NCBI GenBank assembly: GCA_016699425.1
Contig: CP064975.1
Coordinates: 386,979 to 450,978, forward strand
Source of the DNA: Candidatus Moraniibacteriota bacterium
GTDB lineage: Bacteria > Patescibacteriota > Minisyncoccia > Moranbacterales > UBA1568
Length of the DNA stretch: 64,000 nucleotides
Direction of reading: 5' to 3'
Below the pieces are notes generated by a model. That model saw only the letters and a program-made list of their open reading frames with translations, did not search any database and had not been told where the DNA came from. The position numbers and the translations under genes were made by a program. Below are positions 30,635 through 40,579 of this stretch, one piece after another (the first letter of the stretch is position 1; every line of letters starts with the position of its first letter).

Positions 30635-31945
30635 ATGAAACTCTCCTTCCTCGGGACTGGCTATGTCGGGCTGGTATCAGGCGCCTGCATGGCAGAGATC
30701 GGGCATACTGTAATCTGTGCCGATGTTGATCGGGCCAAGATCGCCAAGCTCAACAAAGGAGTCATTCCGATTTATGAAATTGGCCTCGAAGAAGTAGTAG
30801 AACGGAATGTCCGCGAGGGCCGGCTGACTTTTACGACGAATTTGAAAGCGGCGATTCAACAGTCGGAAGTGATTTTTATGGCGGTCGGTACGCCCGAAGA
30901 TCCTGTGACCGGTGAGGCGGACTTGAAATATGTTGTCTCGGCGGCTGAGGCCTTTGGCAAGTACCTAAACGGCTATAAACTTTTCGTTGACAAATCGACA
31001 GTCCCCGTCGGGACTGCAGAGGAGGTCACTCGTGTCATTCAGCGGGCGTCTCGAGGGAAACACTCGTTTGAAGTGGTCTCTAACCCGGAATTCCTCCGCG
31101 AGGGTGCAGCGGTAAAGGATTTCCTCAACCCGGACCGGATTGTCGTCGGTACCGCATCAGTGAAAGCGAAAAAGATTATGGAGCGTGTCTACCGGCCGAT
31201 TGCTCGGGCGGGACGGCCGCTTATGCTGACCGATGTCCGGAGTGCTGAAATCATCAAATACGCCGCGAATTCCTTTCTCGCGATGAAGATCACCTACATC
31301 AATGAGGTGGCGAATTTCTGTGAGCTGGCCGGTGGCGATGTCAAAGAAGTAGCGCGCGGTCTCGGTTATGACAGCCGTATCGGATCGCGGTTTTTGTATG
31401 CGGGTATCGGCTATGGTGGCTCCTGTTTTCCGAAAGACGTGAAGGCCTTCATCCGGACTGGACAGGTGTTTCACTCACCTTTCCGGTTGCTTGAGACTGT
31501 CGACGAGGTGAATGCGCTTCAGCGGTTGCGTCCCTTCATGAAACTCCAGGACTTGTGGGGCGAGGATATGAAAGATAAAACGGTGGCCGTCTGGGGGCTG
31601 GCATTCAAGCCGCGGACTGACGATGTGCGGGAAGCTGCTGCGCTCCTCAATATCGCTGCGCTCCTCAGGGCCGGGGCCAAAGTGCGCGCCTTCGATCCGG
31701 TGGCGATGGAGAATGCTGCTCGGGCTCTTTCGGGAAAGAGGTTGGTGTATACGAAGAAGGCGGTCGATGCCGTACGGCGGGCCGATGCCCTCATCATTGC
31801 GACCGAGTGGGATGAGTTCCGTGTCCTCGACTTCGCAGATCTGAAGCAGCGGATGAAGGGGGACATCATCTATGACGGTCGGAATGTCCTCGAGCGCAGT
31901 GAAGCCGAAGCAGCTGGTTTCGTCTATTACGGCATTGGGGTCTAA
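30635..31945 (+). CDS. ugd: UDP-glucose 6-dehydrogenase
   Basis: MKLSFLGTGYVGLVSGACMAEIGHTVICAD and the catalytic Cys region GGSCFPKD. Confidence 0.9.
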   Translation: MKLSFLGTGYVGLVSGACMAEIGHTVICADVDRAKIAKLNKGVIPIYEIGLEEVVERNVREGRLTFTTNLKAAIQQSEVIFMAVGTPEDPVTGEADLKYVVSAAEAFGKYLNGYKLFVDKSTVPVGTAEEVTRVIQRASRGKHSFEVVSNPEFLREGAAVKDFLNPDRIVVGTASVKAKKIMERVYRPIARAGRPLMLTDVRSAEIIKYAANSFLAMKITYINEVANFCELAGGDVKEVARGLGYDSRIGSRFLYAGIGYGGSCFPKDVKAFIRTGQVFHSPFRLLETVDEVNALQRLRPFMKLQDLWGEDMKDKTVAVWGLAFKPRTDDVREAAALLNIAALLRAGAKVRAFDPVAMENAARALSGKRLVYTKKAVDAVRRADALIIATEWDEFRVLDFADLKQRMKGDIIYDGRNVLERSEAEAAGFVYYGIGV

Positions 31946-31959
31946 TCATTGCCAAAAAA

Positions 31960-33126
31960 ATGAAAGTCCTTTTCCTTAACTATGAGTACCCGCCTCTTGG
32001 CGGCGGCGCGGCCAATGCGACTGCCTGTATTCTCGAGGAATGGGGCCAGGATAAGTCGCTTGAGGTCCATCTGGTCACCTCAAGTATCAGTGCTGAACTG
32101 AATGAGACGATGCTTGGTGCCAATGTGTTTATCCACCGTTTGCCGATTGGGAAAAACGCGGGTAATCTGCACCATCAATCGATCAAAGATGTCCTCGTCT
32201 ATAGTCTGAAGGCATGGTGGTTCTCGCGTACGCTCATCAGAAAGCAATTGACCCCATTCGATATAACGCTCGCTTTCTTTGGTGTGCCATGCGGATTCCT
32301 TGCTCTGCTTCTCAAAACAGAATTCCGTATTCCGTATGCCGTGGCGCTTCGTGGATCGGATGTCCCAGGCTACAGCCACAAGTACCGGTGGTTGTACCCT
32401 TTCCTCCGACCGGTTATTCGTCTGGTCTGGCACTCGGCATCGACGGTTGTCCCGAATAGCGTCGGTCTCGAAGTGCTGGCCAAGGAGACAGCGCCAGATC
32501 AGTCGTTCACCATCATCGAAAATGGAGTCGATGTCCGCCGCTTTTTACCTGATCAGGCCAAACGCCCAAAGAGCGAGTTCATCATTACGCCTGGAGCCTC
32601 TCGGGTGACGGAGCGGAAGGGGTTGAATTATCTGATTGAAGCGATCGGGATACTCATCCCGAAGTATCCAAACATACATCTCAAAGTCATGGGTGATGGC
32701 AGCGCCAGACCGGCGCTCGAGGCGCTCGTTCGAGAAAAGGGGCTAGAAGAAAAGGTGACCTTTCTCGGCCGGATACCGCGCGAAGCAACCGCTCCTTATT
32801 ACCAGGAGGCCTCGCTCTTTGTCCTCCCGTCGCTCAACGAAGGAATGAGCAATGCCATGCTCGAGGCGCTCGCTTCAGGACTGCCCATTATTGCTACTCC
32901 GACTGGTGGAACGGCTGAGTTGGTTCAGGAAGGGATAAATGGTATGGTTGTTCCGGAGAAATCTGCCGAAGCGCTCGCGAAAGCGATTGAAATGTTTCAG
33001 CAAAACCGAGAGCTCATCCTTGCTTATGGAAACGAGAGTCGTAAGCGAGCCGAAGCGCAGAGCTGGCAGCGGACAGCGAAGGATTTTCAAAAACTTCTGG
33101 CTGAATCTATACGGCGCAAGAATTGA
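31960..33126 (+). CDS. Glycosyltransferase family 4
   Basis: MKVLFLNYEYPPLGGGAANA… and NEGMSNAMLEALASGLPIIATPTGG. Confidence 0.85.
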   Translation: MKVLFLNYEYPPLGGGAANATACILEEWGQDKSLEVHLVTSSISAELNETMLGANVFIHRLPIGKNAGNLHHQSIKDVLVYSLKAWWFSRTLIRKQLTPFDITLAFFGVPCGFLALLLKTEFRIPYAVALRGSDVPGYSHKYRWLYPFLRPVIRLVWHSASTVVPNSVGLEVLAKETAPDQSFTIIENGVDVRRFLPDQAKRPKSEFIITPGASRVTERKGLNYLIEAIGILIPKYPNIHLKVMGDGSARPALEALVREKGLEEKVTFLGRIPREATAPYYQEASLFVLPSLNEGMSNAMLEALASGLPIIATPTGGTAELVQEGINGMVVPEKSAEALAKAIEMFQQNRELILAYGNESRKRAEAQSWQRTAKDFQKLLAESIRRKN

Positions 33127-34106
33127 TGGTTAAGAAAATCAGCCCATCAGCCACTATGAAGGATTGGAAGACGTTACTCAAAATTCTCGTGTCGTTCGGG
33201 CTGGTAGTCTGGTTGATTGAACGCGTGGATTGGCCAACGGTTGGTCATATCTTGGGGGGTGTTTATCTGCTCTTTATTGGAGTGTATATTGTCCTTCAGA
33301 TCACGGGGAATATTATCTCTGCCGCAAAGTGGCGTTATCTCGCCGGGCTCCAGGGGAGCGCTACATTTTCGCTGAGAGATGGATTCTTTGCCTATCTCAC
33401 GGGAGCATTCATTAACAATTTTCTGCCGTCGACAGTCGGAGGTGATACGTACCGAGTGCTATGGATGAGTCGCACCAGTGCCCGAGCAAGGGCGTTTGCG
33501 GTTGTTTTTTTTGATCGCATCACTGGACTGGCCGCACTCTTTCTCTTTTCCGCTTTGGGCTTAGCATTCTTGCCCTGGCAGTTACTCCTTGAGAAGCCGG
33601 GATTCATTATTCTTTCAGCGATTGTCTTTTCGGGAGCGCTGGTGATTCTCGCAGGACTGTTTCTCATTCGAAAATACTTTGAAATCGTTCGGGCACTTTT
33701 CAGGCAACTGCCCTGGCAGCGTATCCCGATGATCGTGAGTCAGTTTCAATCGTTCGCACTGTACCGTCCGTATGGAACGACACTCGCCTGGGCCGTACTT
33801 TTTACGGTGGTCGGCATCGGGGGGAGTAATTATTTCTTGTTTCAGAGTCTCGGAGCCGAACTTTCGCTTACCGGATTTTTTAGTGCGATTTTTGTCGCGA
33901 CACTCGTCGCAAATATCCCGATTTCGATTAATAATATCGGCGTGAAGGAATGGGCGTATGTCTTTTTCTTCGGACTGGTTGGCGTTTCAGTCGAGGTAGC
34001 TGTGACGGCCGCACTCCTGTCGCGACTCCTCCAGATGCTCATTTCTTTCATTGCTTTGCCCAGCTATATCGCTGAGCGTCGGCAGGGGCAGGCTGAGACA
34101 GTCTGA
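33123..34106 (+). CDS. Flippase-like membrane protein (lysylphosphatidylglycerol-synthase TM-region/UPF0104 family)
   Basis: 327 aa with about 8 TM segments. It overlaps the upstream GT4 stop. Confidence 0.55.
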   Translation: MMVKKISPSATMKDWKTLLKILVSFGLVVWLIERVDWPTVGHILGGVYLLFIGVYIVLQITGNIISAAKWRYLAGLQGSATFSLRDGFFAYLTGAFINNFLPSTVGGDTYRVLWMSRTSARARAFAVVFFDRITGLAALFLFSALGLAFLPWQLLLEKPGFIILSAIVFSGALVILAGLFLIRKYFEIVRALFRQLPWQRIPMIVSQFQSFALYRPYGTTLAWAVLFTVVGIGGSNYFLFQSLGAELSLTGFFSAIFVATLVANIPISINNIGVKEWAYVFFFGLVGVSVEVAVTAALLSRLLQMLISFIALPSYIAERRQGQAETV

Positions 34107-34108
34107 CG

Positions 34109-36355
34109 TTACTCTGCGTACGGGTAGATTTTCACGAATTGGTTCGGCCGTCCGTTGATGAGGATTTCATGGATAGGTGACGGCTTGTGGTAATACTGAT
34201 CATAGCGGATGACATTTGATACCCCGCTGTTAGCTTGCCCGACGACAATTTTGGTCGTTCGGCTTTCACGACCGGACGAGACTACGATGTAATCAATCCC
34301 TTCCCGGCGCCGGGTATCATAGTTTCCGAAGCCACGCCGACACTTGCCGACAAAAAACTTGCAGACACCGTCTTTGTCGGTCCAGATCGTCAGATTTTCT
34401 GCATCTGGCTGGCGGTTGAGCCACTGGGCAGCCTCATAGCTTCCTGGTCCCATATCCTTCACGTCGGTGTGGAAACGGTCCGGCAAGAGCGAAGAAGCAT
34501 AGGAGAGGGGGAAAGGTGTCGTCACGAGCGTGCTCAGGCCGGTCACGCCGAGAAGGCTGAAAAGCAGAGTGAAAGCATAACCGGCCTTCAGTGTCACGAA
34601 GCGATCGAGGAGCACCAAGAGCCCGAGTGTGGCAAGGAGGGTAGCAATCGGGAAGAGGATGATCTGATAGCGGACAATCATCGCGACACCGTTGCCCGTC
34701 GCCCCGACATAGTAGAGGAGGATGAAGAGGATGAGGTAGAGAGCGAGTCGGGCTTGATCATCCGCGAAGAATGCTTTGCGGAAAATGAGGGACACCCCAG
34801 CGAATATGCCGAGGAGGATGAAGGGAGGGAGACCAAAAAGGAGCGGGTAGAAATTCGTGAGAAAGATCCCGAAGATATCGGTTCGTCCGGAGACTGTCTT
34901 GGGCGAGGAAAGCAGGCTCATAAAGTCGTACCCTGTCATCCCAAGCCAGCTGTTTACGAGAACTGTAAGTGTCGCCACGAGAAAGAATCCCGCCGCACCC
35001 CAACCAATCCACACTCGGGCACGCTCGAGGCGGCCGAGCAGATAGGAGAGGGCCCGGGTTCGATTCCAGGCGAGGTCGATACCGATGAAGATGAGTAGGA
35101 CGATGAACAGTGGAGCGAACTTTTCAAAGGCTTGGCTGTACAGTGTCGATGTGATGAGTTTTTCGGGCTTCACCCACACGGCCGGGAAGAGCACGTAGAA
35201 GGTGGCGAGCGCCGTGAAAATGAGGATAGAAAGATCGGAAAGGGATCGTTTCAGGTAGTCGCTGAGAGAAACGGCATGCGCCCGTTCCTGGTAGATCCAT
35301 TCGAGGAAAACGAGCCCGACCATGAAGACGATCACGAAGTTGGCGACGTACTTGGTCAGGAGGGCGAGTCCGACGAGGACACCGGAAAGGATCAGGTAAC
35401 GGTAATGACGGCGTTTCAGGAAGACGAGATAGGCCAAGAGCGCCTGAGGGACGAAGAGCCAGAGGAGCGAATCGGGATTGATGATGGTGCTCATCCCGAG
35501 GAGGACAGGTGAGAGGGTGATCCCCGCATAGGCGAGCAGGGCATCGCGTTTTCCCAACAGTCGTTCGATCAGGACATAGAAGAACGGGAGGAAGAGTGTA
35601 ATCGTGATGAGGAGGGGGAGCCGGAGGGCGTAGTAGAGAGTTTCGATGTCGAGATCCTTAGCATGGAGTTCGCCGCCGGAACGAATAGCTTTGTAGTCTT
35701 TCGTATCGACGAACCAGATGCCTGGGCCGGCAGCAAGAGCGACGGTGATGCCGGGTTTGTCGCTGATGCGCGTCCCTTTCCAGTCGCGTTCACCGATATT
35801 CTTCCAGTACTTCGGTATCCGTCCGTCTGTCCAGAGCGGTTCATCGACAGCGGCGAAGTGGGTGAGACCGTGGTAGCCGAATGAGAAGAAGAGGATAGTG
35901 AGGAATGCTACTGCGAAGAGAGTTAGGAATCCTTGTTCCCGGATCCAGGGCAAAGCCGAGCGCAGTGCATGCGCGAGGAGCGGGCGTTCCCCGGTCTCTC
36001 TCGTCACATAGACATGGATGGCGACCATCCCCGCGACGAGGATATAGAATCCGATCGCGATGAGGAAGACATAGTGGAAGTTCTTCGATTGGGACAAGCC
36101 GAAGATGAGGGTGAGTTCTGTGGGGAAAAAAAGGAGCAGGAGCCGCTCGAGTATTCGTCGGACCCGGATGGAACGCATGAAATACAGGACGGCACCGACG
36201 GAGAGAATCCCGAGAATGAGAAAGGCGAGGTAAAAGGGGTCGTTGTTCTCGGTGAATTTCGCCTGAGGAAACCACTTGAATTGCTGAGAAACGAAGAGGA
36301 GTGCGTTTCCAGCGAGGAGCGTGGAGAGGATCGACGGAATGAGGCGTTCGGCCAT
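34109..36355 (-). CDS. GT-C fold membrane glycosyltransferase (ArnT/PMT-like) with a C-terminal periplasmic domain
   Basis: 748 aa. The loop after TM1 carries FAAVDEPLWTDGR, a DE motif. Many TM helices. Confidence 0.6.
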   Translation of the reverse strand: MAERLIPSILSTLLAGNALLFVSQQFKWFPQAKFTENNDPFYLAFLILGILSVGAVLYFMRSIRVRRILERLLLLFFPTELTLIFGLSQSKNFHYVFLIAIGFYILVAGMVAIHVYVTRETGERPLLAHALRSALPWIREQGFLTLFAVAFLTILFFSFGYHGLTHFAAVDEPLWTDGRIPKYWKNIGERDWKGTRISDKPGITVALAAGPGIWFVDTKDYKAIRSGGELHAKDLDIETLYYALRLPLLITITLFLPFFYVLIERLLGKRDALLAYAGITLSPVLLGMSTIINPDSLLWLFVPQALLAYLVFLKRRHYRYLILSGVLVGLALLTKYVANFVIVFMVGLVFLEWIYQERAHAVSLSDYLKRSLSDLSILIFTALATFYVLFPAVWVKPEKLITSTLYSQAFEKFAPLFIVLLIFIGIDLAWNRTRALSYLLGRLERARVWIGWGAAGFFLVATLTVLVNSWLGMTGYDFMSLLSSPKTVSGRTDIFGIFLTNFYPLLFGLPPFILLGIFAGVSLIFRKAFFADDQARLALYLILFILLYYVGATGNGVAMIVRYQIILFPIATLLATLGLLVLLDRFVTLKAGYAFTLLFSLLGVTGLSTLVTTPFPLSYASSLLPDRFHTDVKDMGPGSYEAAQWLNRQPDAENLTIWTDKDGVCKFFVGKCRRGFGNYDTRRREGIDYIVVSSGRESRTTKIVVGQANSGVSNVIRYDQYYHKPSPIHEILINGRPNQFVKIYPYAE

Positions 36356-36447
36356 ATTTTTGCTCTAGAATGAGGAAAAGGCTACAATAAAAGGGCTAAT
36401 TCATGGCCTTTCTCCTTATCATAGAGGGAAACGGTTGAGATGAAAAG

Positions 36448-38244
36448 ATGACTGCGAACCGGCAAGTGCGTCTCGTCTGGTTGGGCCTCGCACTTATTGT
36501 GGCGTTCGGTTTTTTTCTTCGAAGCTATCACTTTGTTGACTGGCTCCATTTCGAGTTGGATCAGTCGCGTGATGCACGAGTCATCGATGCCGCACTTGAG
36601 GCAGGCCCGGGCGCGTTGCCCTTGCTCGGGCCGAAAGCGGGCGGGACTTTTCTCCGGCTCGGTCCAGGTTTCTATTACCTCCAGTATCTCGGTGCGTTGA
36701 TCTTCGGCGGGTCGCCGGCGGGGATGGCGATGATCGTCATGGTCGTATCGGTTGTATCGATCGGTCTTTTCTTTCTCCTCATTCGGCGGTTTTTCCCGGA
36801 TTGGCTCTCGCTCATGCTCACACTCGCGTACGCCGTTTCTGAATACTTCGTCATGTACGGGCGATTTGCGTGGAATCCGAACATGCTTCCGGGTTTCCTT
36901 CTCCTTGGGATGTACGCGCTTCTGCGATCGGTCGGCGGCAGTGAACGCCATCCGGGCCGCTGGTTTGCGGTTTCTATCGCCGCATTCGGTATCGCGACTC
37001 AGCTGCACTTCCTTGCGTTTCTGGCCGTTCCCACCTTCCTCACCCTCTTCCTCTTGCTCCGACGGCCGAAATTTCGGGCACGGACCTGGGGTCTGGCGGC
37101 AGGAATCGTCTTACTCTTGTATTTCCCGATGTTCTTGAATGAGCTTGCGACCGGTGGAGCGAATACGCGCCAATTTATCGGTGCGATTACCGAGAAATCA
37201 ACCAAGGAAAATCATACGCTGCTGGAAAAAATAATTCGTAATGGAGCTGAGCATGTGCTCGCCGGTCTCGTCATCACGACCGGTTTCGAGGGCGGGACGC
37301 TGCCAAGGGTGGAGACAGTGAGTGGCTTGCTCATCAGCTGCCAGGGGAAATGTGATGTCGGCAAACCCTATGGCCTGGCCGCGGGGGTGGTGTTTCTCCT
37401 CGCGGTTGTCGCCTCGGTCCTACTCTTCGCTCGGGAAACAGAGCAACGGAAGAAAGACTTTTTCCTCGCGGTGGGTCTTTGGTTCCTTATCACCTTTGTC
37501 TTGTTCACGCCCTTGGCCTATGGGATGGCACCGCGCTTCTTCCTGCTCTCTGGACCGTTCTTCTTTGTACTGATTGGTTGTCTTATGCTCCTGGTATCTC
37601 GACTGATGCCATGGAAGAAACTCGGACATACCGTTGCGGTCACGGCGCTGGTCATTTCGGCGGCGTTCAATTATTCATCGCTCAACTTGCGCTTTGATGA
37701 ATTATCGCGGGCAGCGAGCGAACCGGTAGACAGTCCGCCGGATCGGATATTGAAAGAACGCATCCGGGTGACACTCGCGCAGCAGGAACGGATCGTCGAT
37801 TTCCTGCAGGCCCGCTCGGCCGAGTATGGCTATCCGGTCTATATGTTCAGTGAGCCACAACATCGTCGGGCACTCAAGTACCTCATGGAGCGGCGCGGCA
37901 TCGAGAACGCGGTGCTCGGTTATGACGGTATCTATCGACAAGGAGTTTACTACCTCGTTCTCCGAGCGCAGTCTGAGCTCGAGGATGCACTGCGGAAATA
38001 CCGAGCCTACTATACCATTGGCTCGACCGTTCCTTTCGGGACGCTCGTAGCGATTGAACTCATTCCTCAGCCATCGGCGATTATCGGCGAGCGGCAGGAC
38101 TTCTCTGTGTCGAAGCCGAGCGATTCGCTGGCTCCGCGGCGTTACACTTGGAGTGAGTACTTCGGTCAGATGGACAGTGGACTGCCAGACGATACGACAT
38201 CACTCGACCAGTCCGAGGATGCGGCGAATAATCAATCCGAATAA
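36448..38244 (+). CDS. Glycosyltransferase family 39-like (ArnT/PMT, GT-C)
   Basis: N-terminal LRSYHFVDWLHFELDQSRDARVID and about 11 TM segments. Confidence 0.7.
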   Translation: MTANRQVRLVWLGLALIVAFGFFLRSYHFVDWLHFELDQSRDARVIDAALEAGPGALPLLGPKAGGTFLRLGPGFYYLQYLGALIFGGSPAGMAMIVMVVSVVSIGLFFLLIRRFFPDWLSLMLTLAYAVSEYFVMYGRFAWNPNMLPGFLLLGMYALLRSVGGSERHPGRWFAVSIAAFGIATQLHFLAFLAVPTFLTLFLLLRRPKFRARTWGLAAGIVLLLYFPMFLNELATGGANTRQFIGAITEKSTKENHTLLEKIIRNGAEHVLAGLVITTGFEGGTLPRVETVSGLLISCQGKCDVGKPYGLAAGVVFLLAVVASVLLFARETEQRKKDFFLAVGLWFLITFVLFTPLAYGMAPRFFLLSGPFFFVLIGCLMLLVSRLMPWKKLGHTVAVTALVISAAFNYSSLNLRFDELSRAASEPVDSPPDRILKERIRVTLAQQERIVDFLQARSAEYGYPVYMFSEPQHRRALKYLMERRGIENAVLGYDGIYRQGVYYLVLRAQSELEDALRKYRAYYTIGSTVPFGTLVAIELIPQPSAIIGERQDFSVSKPSDSLAPRRYTWSEYFGQMDSGLPDDTTSLDQSEDAANNQSE

Positions 38245-38255
38245 TTATCCTTGGT

Positions 38256-39782
38256 ATGCTCAATGGGAAGCGAACCCTGCAGGTACTGGTTGCGATACTC
38301 ATTCTCGGCACCGTCTTGCGATTTTATCATCTCGGTGAAAACGCATTCGTGGCGGACGAGTTTCTCGATATCAATTCGGCGTACGGCTATCACCAGACCG
38401 GACAGTGGCAGGCCTGGGATTTCAATTTTGCGAAACCCAGTGAGATGAATGGAAACCAGCTTCGCGATGAACGGGCCGCTCCATACAAATGGCAGGTCGC
38501 GCAGGTCTTCTCCTTGCTGCCACCGACCGAGGGTGTCGCTCGATCGGTGAGCGCTCTGTGGGGAGTCTTTGCGATCTTGGTCGTATACTGGTCCGCCTGG
38601 ATATTCACCCGCCGTCGAGACATCAGCCTGGTCGCGGCCCTTTTGTGTGCGATCAGTGTCTCGGCGATTATCTTCAGCCGGCGACTTCGCATGTACGCGA
38701 TGTTCTTCCCATTGTATCTCGCCAGTGCAACAGCCTTCTACGCGGCCTATGAAAACGCGTACACTGGCAGTATCCGCGCGTGGAAGTCCGTGTCGGAACG
38801 TTTCGGTATCCATCTTCCCTACATCTTGCTCGGCGTCGTCCTGACTGGTCTCTCGCTGTCGGTCCATCAATTGGCAGCTCACCTCCCATTGTCATTGGGA
38901 GCGTACCTACTGGTTCAAACCATCCGTCAGTATCGGAGCACGGGAACCTGGCAGCACAAGTACGGCTATACGGTCTTGCTCGGTCTCATCGCGTTCGTGG
39001 GCGGCTTGGTCTTCTTTCCGAAAGCGATTCAGGCCTTCCTGCAGGGGCTTGTCTTCTTCGATGATCATTTTGGCTACTTGGCGCATGCCTTGAATGATTT
39101 TGCGACCCCTGCCATCGGCGCAGCTCTCATCGGCGGCGGGGTCTGGTACCTGTTCCGGCAGCTAGCGTCCCGTCCCGCGGCGCTGTATCTGTCTATCGCC
39201 TATGCGCTTCCGCTGGTGATGGCGGTTTTCCTGTGGCGGCGCAATGTTGGTCCGCAGTATATCTTCTTCATCCAATCGTTCGGGATGATCTTGGCCGCGG
39301 CGGGTATCGTAGCAATCTTCGAGCTCTTACAAAAGATGATGGCCGAGCGGTGGAATCGGCGCGCAGCCATCGCTCTTTCCCTTGGGCTGTTCGTGCTCGT
39401 GCCAAACCTTGCGTACTTCCTCGAAGAGAACAATACCTATCACGAAACCTCGACGGGCGGCAATCCGAATTATCGCAAGGTCTTTGCGTATTTCAAAAAA
39501 GAAAAAACTGCCGACGCGGTGCTCATCACTCGGAACTTCCGCAACTATTATTGGAGCGGTGCAAACACCCAAGTATTTGATTTCGGGGGAGAACTTTCGA
39601 AAGAGAAGCTTTCCTTAGCGGACATCCAAAAGATACAAGCAGAGCATCCCACTGGCTGGTTCATTTACTCGGGCAATGACGAAGACTATATCTCGTCTGA
39701 AGTGGAACGTTTTGCTGAGAAAAACTGGGAGCGGGTCAGCAATGCCCAAGTCCGTGGAGACATCACGGTCTATCACTGGTAG
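38256..39782 (+). CDS. Glycosyltransferase family 39-like (ArnT/PMT, GT-C)
   Basis: LRFYHLGENAFVADEFLDINSAYGY, an ADE motif after TM1, and about 11 TM segments. Confidence 0.75.
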   Translation: MLNGKRTLQVLVAILILGTVLRFYHLGENAFVADEFLDINSAYGYHQTGQWQAWDFNFAKPSEMNGNQLRDERAAPYKWQVAQVFSLLPPTEGVARSVSALWGVFAILVVYWSAWIFTRRRDISLVAALLCAISVSAIIFSRRLRMYAMFFPLYLASATAFYAAYENAYTGSIRAWKSVSERFGIHLPYILLGVVLTGLSLSVHQLAAHLPLSLGAYLLVQTIRQYRSTGTWQHKYGYTVLLGLIAFVGGLVFFPKAIQAFLQGLVFFDDHFGYLAHALNDFATPAIGAALIGGGVWYLFRQLASRPAALYLSIAYALPLVMAVFLWRRNVGPQYIFFIQSFGMILAAAGIVAIFELLQKMMAERWNRRAAIALSLGLFVLVPNLAYFLEENNTYHETSTGGNPNYRKVFAYFKKEKTADAVLITRNFRNYYWSGANTQVFDFGGELSKEKLSLADIQKIQAEHPTGWFIYSGNDEDYISSEVERFAEKNWERVSNAQVRGDITVYHW

Positions 39783-39805
39783 TCGAGGCCGAAAAAAGAG
39801 GACTG

Positions 39806-39862
39806 AAAAAAAGAGCCCCGGCCAACCTCATGGTTCGAGGTGGTCGGGGTATGGCCGGAGTC
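39806..39862 (-). terminator. Rho-independent terminator for the minus-strand gene ending at 39870
   Basis: Minus-strand hairpin ccggccataccccgaccacctcgaaccatgaggttggccgggg followed by ctcttttttt. Confidence 0.5.
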
Positions 39863-39869
39863 AGGCGTT

Positions 39870-40400
39870 TCATGCGGCGAGACCCACGGTTGCTTCGGTT
39901 GCGGTAAGCGCTCGGGAGAGCTCGGTCAGCAGTGCGTTGACGGCTGACGGCGTGGCCGTATCCGACAAGAGCACACGTCGGTACAGGCTGGAATCAACGC
40001 AGAGGAGCGCTGAGAGCCGGTCCCGGTATGAACCAGGTCGCCGCCACTCGGTCCAGCAGATACCCATGCGACGGCTAAGTCCATGCTCCACTCGCTGGAA
40101 GTTTCGGACGAAAGTCCGGAGCAGCCGCACTTCAAGTGCATGGATCAGCGGGATTCCGCTGCACTCGGTGAGTACATGATTGTACTCGAGGAAGGGACGG
40201 ATAGCGGCCGAGATCCGGAGCAGTCGGAGCATAGCCCTTTGCTCATCATCCTGGTTGCCCTTTGCTCGGGGTCGGTTCGTTGCGAGAGCAACCTGGATGG
40301 CCGCCTCGTTGGAGAAGCGGGTTTCCTCCAGGAACTTTCGAAAAAGAACCGCAAAGGAATCCCAATAGGTACTAAACTGCAACACCTGTGCGGTGTTCAT
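39870..40400 (-). CDS. Hypothetical protein (176 aa)
   Basis: No motif recognised. It has its own candidate promoter in the 40400-40580 gap. Confidence 0.4.
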   Translation of the reverse strand: MNTAQVLQFSTYWDSFAVLFRKFLEETRFSNEAAIQVALATNRPRAKGNQDDEQRAMLRLLRISAAIRPFLEYNHVLTECSGIPLIHALEVRLLRTFVRNFQRVEHGLSRRMGICWTEWRRPGSYRDRLSALLCVDSSLYRRVLLSDTATPSAVNALLTELSRALTATEATVGLAA

Positions 40401-40579
40401 GATGAACTCCTTTCACAGAACATTGAACACTGATACAACAATCATGGTAAAAACCCACGAAAGTCACCCTTGTTTCATACCATTGGTATACTCCCAAAAG
40501 GAGAATTCCACAAGGGCATTTTCTATCTTCTGTCAAGTCCCCCGAAAGAGAGGTAAAGAAATGCCTCGGGTATGCCTTT

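Noticed and set aside
34235-36373. Long plus-strand ORFs (287, 126 and 146 aa), very acidic and low-complexity (E/D/R-rich), antisense to the GT-C gene 34109-36355
   Set aside because: These are antisense shadow ORFs of a GC-rich membrane-protein gene. They have low-complexity composition, no start context, and overlap a well-supported gene completely.
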